Source: Candidatus Chazhemtobacterium aquaticus
GTDB taxonomy: Bacteria > Patescibacteriota > Microgenomatia > UBA1400 > Chazhemtobacteraceae
Reading direction: 5' to 3'
NCBI RefSeq assembly: GCF_009936135.1
Contig: NZ_CP047901.1
Span: 216,984 to 280,983, forward strand
Length of the DNA stretch: 64,000 nt
How positions within the stretch are numbered: position 1 is the first letter of the stretch; each line of letters begins with the position of its first letter. The position numbers were made by a program, and so were the translations under genes. A model generated the notes under the pieces. The model was given only the letters and a program-made list of their open reading frames with translations, was not told the origin of the DNA and searched no databases. This document shows positions 57,722 through 64,000 of the stretch, in pieces.

Positions 57722-58171
57722 ATGCTATCTTCAAAAAAAACATCATCCAAAACGATCCACCTTCAAAATCAAATTCAAGACCTAGAAAATCGTTTTAAAA
57801 GAGCTCTCGCTGATTACCAAAACCTAGAGAAACGCCACGCTTCCCAAAAAGGCGATCTCATCAAGTTTGCCAATCAGGGACTACTAGATAAACTTCTTCC
57901 CCTACTCGACGACCTCGAGCGAGCCCAAGCACATCTACAAGACTCAGGTCTCGAGTTGATCATCGGCCAGTTTCGCCAACTGCTAATCTCTGAAGGAGTC
58001 ACTCCCATCATCTCCGACAGACAAATATTTGACCCTCAAACCATGGATTGTGCCGAGGTAGTTCCTGGACCAAAAAACAAAGTCGTCACCACTCTTGCCA
58101 AAGGTTACTACTATCATGACCGTGTTCTTAGACCCGCTCGCGTTGAGGTTGGTAGCGGTCAGAAGAAATAA
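57722..58171 (+). CDS. grpE: Nucleotide exchange factor GrpE
   Basis: RALADYQNLEKR and the C-terminal GrpE beta domain are present. Confidence 0.85.
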   Translation: MLSSKKTSSKTIHLQNQIQDLENRFKRALADYQNLEKRHASQKGDLIKFANQGLLDKLLPLLDDLERAQAHLQDSGLELIIGQFRQLLISEGVTPIISDRQIFDPQTMDCAEVVPGPKNKVVTTLAKGYYYHDRVLRPARVEVGSGQKK

Positions 58172-58257
58172 CAATTAAATCTACCAGTTATTTTTACAAT
58201 CAACTCACTAAACAAAACCCAGTAAATTATTATTAGCAATTACTTATACCTACACTT

Positions 58258-60168
58258 ATGAGCAAAATTATCGGTATAGATCTAGGTACAACTAACTCGG
58301 CAGTTGCTGTTATGGAAGGAGGCACTGCCAAAATTATTCCCACCGCTGAGGGTAGAAATTTAATTCCTTCTGTGGTTAATCCCAAAGACAATTTGGTTGG
58401 AGACGTGGCCAAGCGTCAAATGGTTCTTAAACCCTCAGAAACAGTTTCCTCGGTCAAACGTCTGATGGGCCAGCGCTTTGACTCTCCAGCCGTTAAGAAA
58501 ACCATGGGACAAGTCGGCTATCAGATAGTTAAAGGTAAAAACGATCTCGCTGCCATTGAAGTTGACGGCAAGCAATACTCTCCTCAAGAAATCAGTGCCC
58601 GCGTCCTCCAAAAGGCAAAAAAGGATGCTAGTGATTATCTCGGCGAGGAGGTTACAGAGGCGGTCATTACCGTCCCTGCTTACTTCGATGACTCTCAACG
58701 CCAAGCCACTAAACAAGCTGGTGAAATAGCTGGTCTAAAAGTCAAACGCATTGTTAATGAACCCACCGCCGCCGCCTTAGCCTACGGACTAGATAAAGGC
58801 AAAAATGAAACCATCGCCGTCTACGATCTTGGTGGGGGAACCTTTGATATCTCCATACTTGAACTTGGTGATGGTGTATTTGAAGTCAAATCAACCAACG
58901 GAGACACTTTTCTCGGTGGCGATGATTTTGATCAAGCCATCATTGACTGGGTCGTCTCGGAATTCAAAGCTGAACATGGTGTAGATCTTTCCCAAGACAA
59001 ACAAGCCCTTCAGCGAATTAAAGACGCTGCCGAAAAAGCTAAAATCGAATTAAGCTCGACCACTGAAACAGAAATCAATCAACCCTTCATTACTCAAAGT
59101 AAAGACGGCCAGCCACTTCACCTCACCCTCAAGCTTTCTAGGGCCAAGCTCGAAGAGCTGGTCGACGATCTGGTCAAAAGAACCATTAAGCCGTGCGAAG
59201 CAGCCCTTAAGGATGCCGGCATCAACAAACAAGATATTGCCCAAGTTATTCTAGTTGGTGGCATGACCCGCATGCCCAAGGTTCAACAAGCAGTTAAAGA
59301 TTTCTTTGGCAAAGAGCCCAACAAAACCGTCAATCCTGACGAAGCGGTCGCCCTCGGTGCTGCCATTCAGGGAGGAATTATCGCCGGTGATGTCAAAGAC
59401 GTCCTTCTCCTGGATGTTACCCCGCTTACTCTAGGACTTGAGACACTTGGTGGTGTTATGACCCCTCTAATTGATCGAAATACCACTATTCCTACTCAAA
59501 AATCTCAAGTCTTTTCAACCGCCTCAGACAATCAACCCCAAGTTGAGATTCATATACTTCAAGGCGAACGTCCCATGGCTGCTGACAACAAATCGCTAGG
59601 CCGCTTTATATTAGATGGCATTCCTCCCGCCCCCCGAGGTATTCCTCAAATTGAGGTTACCTTTGACATTGACGCCAATGGCATTCTCAATGTTTCAGCC
59701 AAAGACAAGGGGACTGGTAAAGAGCAGAAAATCACTATCCAAAATGCTACCAATCTTACCGATGAAGAGGTGGAAAAGATGAAGGCTGAAGCTGAAAAAC
59801 ATGCCGACGAAGATGCCCAGAAAAAAGCCTTAGTCGACAAGAGAAATGAGGCTGAAACCTTGATTATTACCACCCAAAAAACTCTCAAAGAAGCCGGCGA
59901 CAAAATCGACAAAGAAACTGAAAAATCAATCAATCAAGCTCTTGAATCTCTAAAAGAGGTTAAAGACAAGCAAGATGCTACCGTTGAGTCAATTGACTCA
60001 GAGCTTAAAAAAGCCACCGAAGTGATTCAAAAATACGGTGAGTCACTTTACAAGGCAGCTTCACAAGCGCAATCTCAGTCAGCCGACTCAAAAACAGAAT
60101 CAAACTCCAAAAACTCAGACGATTCACCTAAAAAAGAATCGGCCGAAGAGGGGGAAGTTGTTGAGTAA
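58258..60168 (+). CDS. dnaK: Molecular chaperone DnaK (Hsp70)
   Basis: [22 protein letters not shown] and the C-terminal EEVE-like tail are present. Confidence 0.95.
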   Translation: MSKIIGIDLGTTNSAVAVMEGGTAKIIPTAEGRNLIPSVVNPKDNLVGDVAKRQMVLKPSETVSSVKRLMGQRFDSPAVKKTMGQVGYQIVKGKNDLAAIEVDGKQYSPQEISARVLQKAKKDASDYLGEEVTEAVITVPAYFDDSQRQATKQAGEIAGLKVKRIVNEPTAAALAYGLDKGKNETIAVYDLGGGTFDISILELGDGVFEVKSTNGDTFLGGDDFDQAIIDWVVSEFKAEHGVDLSQDKQALQRIKDAAEKAKIELSSTTETEINQPFITQSKDGQPLHLTLKLSRAKLEELVDDLVKRTIKPCEAALKDAGINKQDIAQVILVGGMTRMPKVQQAVKDFFGKEPNKTVNPDEAVALGAAIQGGIIAGDVKDVLLLDVTPLTLGLETLGGVMTPLIDRNTTIPTQKSQVFSTASDNQPQVEIHILQGERPMAADNKSLGRFILDGIPPAPRGIPQIEVTFDIDANGILNVSAKDKGTGKEQKITIQNATNLTDEEVEKMKAEAEKHADEDAQKKALVDKRNEAETLIITTQKTLKEAGDKIDKETEKSINQALESLKEVKDKQDATVESIDSELKKATEVIQKYGESLYKAASQAQSQSADSKTESNSKNSDDSPKKESAEEGEVVE

Positions 60169-60203
60169 TAGTTTCCGATCTATCCTCAGACCACAGCTCA
60201 TTC

Positions 60204-60230
60204 TTAGCAGTTGTCAACAATGAGTGCTAG
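60204..60230 (+). promoter_or_regulatory. CIRCE operator (TTAGCAGTT-N9-GAGTGCTAG) upstream of dnaJ
   Basis: Closest match to the consensus TTAGCACTC-N9-GAGTGCTAA, at 7/9 and 8/9 positions with a 9-nt spacer. Confidence 0.6.
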
Positions 60231-60264
60231 ATAATATCGTATTTGGCTGATAAAATCTTCTTGT

Positions 60265-61119
60265 ATGACTATTAAGCGTGATCCCTACGATATTCTTGGT
60301 GTCTCCAAAAACGCCTCTGGTACCGAAATCAAAAAAGCATATCGACAAAAAGCTCTCGAGTACCATCCAGATCGAAACAAAGCTGCCGATGCCGAGGATA
60401 AGTTTAAAGAGATCAACGAAGCCTACGAAATCTTAAGCGATCCTCAAAAAAAACAAGCATATGACCAGTTTGGTCATAGTGCTTTCGACCCATCCTCTGG
60501 CGGTCCCTTTAGTCGTTCAGGTCAGGCCAGCGGCCCATATCGATATACCTACTACACCTCAGGTAGTCCAGCTGATTTCTCCTTCGATTTTTCCGACCCC
60601 TTTGACATATTTGAAACTTTCTTTGGGTCAGCCAACCCTTTTCGTAGCGGACCCCAAAAACCCCACTACTCCATTAAAGTCAGCTTCCTAGACGCCGCCT
60701 TAGGCGCAGAAAAAACCATCCTTCATCAAGGCAAACAATACAAGATCAAAGTCCCGGCTGGCGCTTCTGACGGCACCCGCATTCGTTTTTCCGATTTTGA
60801 CGTCTCCTTTAACGTCGAACCTCACCATCAGTTTCAGCGTGACGGTTATGACGTATTCATTGACTATCCAATTTCCCTAACTACAGCTGTTCTTGGTGGC
60901 CAGATTCAAGTCCCTTCTCTTGAAGGCGACCACATCTCCCTTAAAATCAGACCAGGCACTCAGCCAGGCAGCGTAATCCGACTTTCAGGCAAAGGTGTCA
61001 AACACCTTAACTCCGCTCGTCACGGCGACTTTTACGTTAAGCTACGTATCTCTATTCCCAAAAAACTCAACCGTCGTCAAAAGATTCTCTTCCAAGAACT
61101 TGCCCAAACTCTTAAGTAA
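60265..61119 (+). CDS. dnaJ: DnaJ-family co-chaperone, type II (J domain + G/F region + C-terminal domains, no CxxCxGxG zinc finger)
   Basis: DPYDILGVSKNASGTEIKKAYRQKALEYHPDRN is the J domain with HPD. No Cys repeats are present. Confidence 0.8.
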   Translation: MTIKRDPYDILGVSKNASGTEIKKAYRQKALEYHPDRNKAADAEDKFKEINEAYEILSDPQKKQAYDQFGHSAFDPSSGGPFSRSGQASGPYRYTYYTSGSPADFSFDFSDPFDIFETFFGSANPFRSGPQKPHYSIKVSFLDAALGAEKTILHQGKQYKIKVPAGASDGTRIRFSDFDVSFNVEPHHQFQRDGYDVFIDYPISLTTAVLGGQIQVPSLEGDHISLKIRPGTQPGSVIRLSGKGVKHLNSARHGDFYVKLRISIPKKLNRRQKILFQELAQTLK

Positions 61120-61176
61120 CCTTCCTCTAACTTGCTCTTCACCACTGCCTTCGGTTATAATTAACCCGCTTAATCA

Positions 61177-61197
61177 GGTGGCTACTCGCCACCTTTT
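61177..61197 (+). terminator. Intrinsic terminator after dnaJ
   Basis: GGUGGC-UACUC-GCCACC is followed by UUUUAA. Confidence 0.5.
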
Positions 61198-61230
61198 AAC
61201 TAGCTGTAGTTAACAACATAGATAAAGATC

Positions 61231-62568
61231 ATGTCAGACCCAATTATGGCCCGCACTGAATTTGCGGCCGCACTAAATCAAATTTGTACTGAACGAGGCA
61301 TTGAGCCCTCTGCTGTTCTCAACAGCCTTAAACAAGCCTTACTTGCTGCTTTTCGTAAAGATTACCCTCAAATTTACGCCCAGTACGAGATAGGTGAAGA
61401 AACAGAGAGCCAGGAAGAACTTTCCCCTCCTCAAACGAGTCTCTCGGTCGTTCTAGATGACCAAACCGGTGAGTTCAAAATCATCACCACCGACCCCAAA
61501 ACCAAAAAGGATAAAGACATAACCCCTCCTGGCTTTGGTCGCATCGCCGCCCAAACAGCCAAACAAGTCATCCTTCAACAAGTCAGAGAAGCAGAAAAAT
61601 CATCCATTATCGACGAATATCGCTCTCGTTTAGGTGAGCTTATTACAGCCCAGGTTCTCCGTCTTGACGGTAAAAACGTCATTCTCGACATTGGTCGAGG
61701 CCAAGGAGTTATGCCTCCCGAGGAGCAAATCCGTGGCGAATTCTACAGGCTCAACTCTCGAATAGCCGTTGTCATTGCGGATATTAGAGACACTTTCCGT
61801 GGTGAATCAGTAGTTGTTTCTCGCTCCGACCCGCGACTGGTAACCCAACTCTTTGCTCGCGAAGTTCCCGAGGTTGGAACTGGAGTTGTTGTCATTGAAA
61901 AAATCGCTAGAGACCCCGGGGTACGAACCAAGGTAGCCGTCAAATCAACTCAAGAAGGAGTCGACCCGGTCGGTTCCTGTGTTGGACAAAAAGGAGTCAG
62001 GGTCCAAGCTGTTATCAACGAGTTAAACGGTGAAAGGGTTGATATAATCCAATACTCTCAAGATCCACAGGAATTTATCTCAGCCGCCCTCTCACCTGCA
62101 GAGAATCTCCAAATTACTCTCAATGAAACCAAAAAAACCGCTACAGTCTCTGTTCCTGAAGACCAGCTTTCGCTTGCTATTGGTCGTTCGGGACAGAATG
62201 TCAAACTAGCCGCTAAACTAACCGGATATAAAATCAAAGTTCAGGCAGGCGACAAATCAACCATTCAAGTTACCGGTAATGAAGAATATGAAATCGATCT
62301 GTTAGACCTTGATACCAAAACCAGAAACAAACTTGTGGAAGCTGGGATAGTCTTACTTGAGCAAATTATGGGTGATAATTTAGAGCGTCTTAAGGAAGTA
62401 AAGGGCATTGGCTCAAAAACCATCACCGAAATCAAAAACAAACTTGCTACCTACCAACAATCGGACTCACCAGAAGGATCTCAATCAGACGAAGGCAGCT
62501 CCCAGTCAGACACTATCGACACCTCAACACCTCAGGACAGCTCTTCCATGACCAACTCGTCCAAGTAA
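61231..62568 (+). CDS. nusA: Transcription termination/antitermination factor NusA
   Basis: NusA N-terminal domain, S1 domain ([16 protein letters not shown]) and two KH domains ([18 protein letters not shown]...) are present. Confidence 0.9.
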   Translation: MSDPIMARTEFAAALNQICTERGIEPSAVLNSLKQALLAAFRKDYPQIYAQYEIGEETESQEELSPPQTSLSVVLDDQTGEFKIITTDPKTKKDKDITPPGFGRIAAQTAKQVILQQVREAEKSSIIDEYRSRLGELITAQVLRLDGKNVILDIGRGQGVMPPEEQIRGEFYRLNSRIAVVIADIRDTFRGESVVVSRSDPRLVTQLFAREVPEVGTGVVVIEKIARDPGVRTKVAVKSTQEGVDPVGSCVGQKGVRVQAVINELNGERVDIIQYSQDPQEFISAALSPAENLQITLNETKKTATVSVPEDQLSLAIGRSGQNVKLAAKLTGYKIKVQAGDKSTIQVTGNEEYEIDLLDLDTKTRNKLVEAGIVLLEQIMGDNLERLKEVKGIGSKTITEIKNKLATYQQSDSPEGSQSDEGSSQSDTIDTSTPQDSSSMTNSSK

Positions 62569-62615
62569 ACTGACTAGCTCTCTTCTGTTATTACTCATTA
62601 CCGCTTTTAACCCGC

Positions 62616-64000
62616 ATGGATGACAAAACATCTTCTCCTTTGCGATCTCGTCCACCGATCATCGCCGTTTTGGGTCACGTGGATCATGGTAAAACCTCTT
62701 TACTAGATGCCATCAGAAGTACCAACGTTCAAGCTGGAGAAACAGGCGGAATTACCCAACACATAGGTGCCTATCAAATTGTCTACAACCAACATCCACT
62801 AACCTTTATTGACACTCCAGGACACGCTGCCTTTACCTCTATGCGCGCCCGTGGCGGACAAACGGCCGATCTTGCAATTTTAGTAGTAGCTGCTGACGAT
62901 GGTGTCATGCCTCAGACTAAAGAATCTCTTGCCCACATAAACTCCGCCAACATCCCCTATATTGTTGCTCTAAACAAGATTGATCTTCCCCAGGCCCAGC
63001 CAGATAGAGTTAAAACTCAATTAGTTGAAGCCGGTGTCTTGGTGGAGGGCTATGGTGGTAATGTTCCCATTGTCGAAGTCTCAGCCACCCGCAAAACCAA
63101 TCTAGACCTATTATTAGAAAACCTTCTTCTCTTAGCTGAGCTCCAAGAGCTTAAGGCTGATCCCGAAGGTACTCTTGAAGCCATTGTCATTGAATCAACC
63201 CTCGATAAACACCAGGGACCCTTAGCCACGGTTATTCTTAAGAACGGCTCACTGGCTCCCGGCCAAGATATCACCACTGTTCCCAACAAACCCCAAGAGA
63301 CACCTCTCTCAGGTCGTGTTCGAGCCCTTACCGATTGGCAGGGACAACCTGTCCCCCAAGCCATACCCTCGACTCCCTGTCGTATCTTAGGTTTCTCGCA
63401 AGTGCCACCAGTCGGCTCCATAATCACCCATAAACACTCTCTTTCCCAGTTCTCAACCAAAACCCAACATATCACCCAAACCGAAATCAACTCTCCATCA
63501 TCTGATCAGTCACAACAAGGTATTCTCTTAAAAACTGATGTGGTTGGTACTCTCGAAGCCATTAGCCACAATTTGCCTGAGAAAATCCACCTCGTCCACG
63601 CCGGTGCCGGTGCAATTTCCGAATCAGATATCCTTCTTGCCCAAACCTCTTCTGTCCCTGTCTACGGTTTTCGTACCAAACCAACTCCGTCGGCTAAAAA
63701 ACTAGCCCAAATCGAACACATTCCCATTCACACCTTTGACACCATTTATGATCTACTTGATCACCTGCAACTTCTCTCAACCAAAACCATCTCAAAACAC
63801 CAACAAGAAACCATAAATGGTCAAGCCACCATCATTAAGATATTTAACTTACCCCAATCAACTGTTTTCGGTTGTAAATCTGATTCAGGAGTAATCAAAA
63901 CCGGAGATCAGATTCACCTAAAAAGATCAGATGGATCAAGCAAGAACGCACGCATAACCTCTCTCAAGATTGGTTCAAAAGACGTCTCAAAAGTTTCTCC
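62616..64000 (+). CDS. infB: Translation initiation factor IF-2 (5' part; starts directly with the G domain, continues past the window end)
   Basis: [39 protein letters not shown] and NKIDLP match IF-2. There is no stop before 64000. Confidence 0.9.
   Translation, partial: MDDKTSSPLRSRPPIIAVLGHVDHGKTSLLDAIRSTNVQAGETGGITQHIGAYQIVYNQHPLTFIDTPGHAAFTSMRARGGQTADLAILVVAADDGVMPQTKESLAHINSANIPYIVALNKIDLPQAQPDRVKTQLVEAGVLVEGYGGNVPIVEVSATRKTNLDLLLENLLLLAELQELKADPEGTLEAIVIESTLDKHQGPLATVILKNGSLAPGQDITTVPNKPQETPLSGRVRALTDWQGQPVPQAIPSTPCRILGFSQVPPVGSIITHKHSLSQFSTKTQHITQTEINSPSSDQSQQGILLKTDVVGTLEAISHNLPEKIHLVHAGAGAISESDILLAQTSSVPVYGFRTKPTPSAKKLAQIEHIPIHTFDTIYDLLDHLQLLSTKTISKHQQETINGQATIIKIFNLPQSTVFGCKSDSGVIKTGDQIHLKRSDGSSKNARITSLKIGSKDVSKVS

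Noticed and set aside
63050-63490. 146-aa minus-strand ORF
   Set aside because: It is antisense to the clearly conserved IF-2 reading frame, so it is a frame artefact.

Overview
The window is densely packed (about 55 CDS, one tRNA, almost no large non-coding gaps) and carries mostly housekeeping genes on both strands. From gene content I infer a small-genome, CPR/Patescibacteria-like bacterium: very compact aaRS and IF-2, a DnaJ without a zinc finger, a short HrcA, FemAB, PilN/PilO, LCP, VanW, and a DUF4012-like surface protein. Recognisable genes are rplY(bL25), valS, tsaD, groES/groEL, alkA-like, tgt, pgk, gap, tRNA-Cys(GCA), tatD, metG, rmuC, a mazG-like gene, two UvrD-family helicases (one fused to a RecB/Cas4-type nuclease), tpiA, rpsT, murJ, lepA, hrcA-grpE-dnaK-dnaJ, nusA and the 5' part of infB. 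Four things stand out beyond the routine content. (1) A dispersed actinobacterial-style set of cell-wall glycopolymer genes: WecA-like GT4, UbiA-family DPPR-synthase-like, GT-C ArnT/Emb-like, a processive GT2 with QxxRW, an SDR, a Glf-like flavoenzyme and an LCP ligase. It resembles an arabinogalactan-type pathway. (2) A PilN/PilO-like pair followed by three giant Cys-rich and FN3-like surface proteins with atypical [LV]PE[AS]G C-terminal sorting signals. (3) A 321-nt leader upstream of valS with a T-box-like UGGUACC antiterminator bulge and an overlapping intrinsic terminator. (4) Three CIRCE-like operators (upstream of groES, hrcA and dnaJ) matching the HrcA repressor encoded here. Also notable are an FtsK/HerA/TraD-like P-loop ATPase fused to a C-terminal S1 domain, and a roughly 140-nt structured intergenic element between an M23 peptidase gene and pgk. 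No CRISPR array, rRNA or obvious mobile element was seen.
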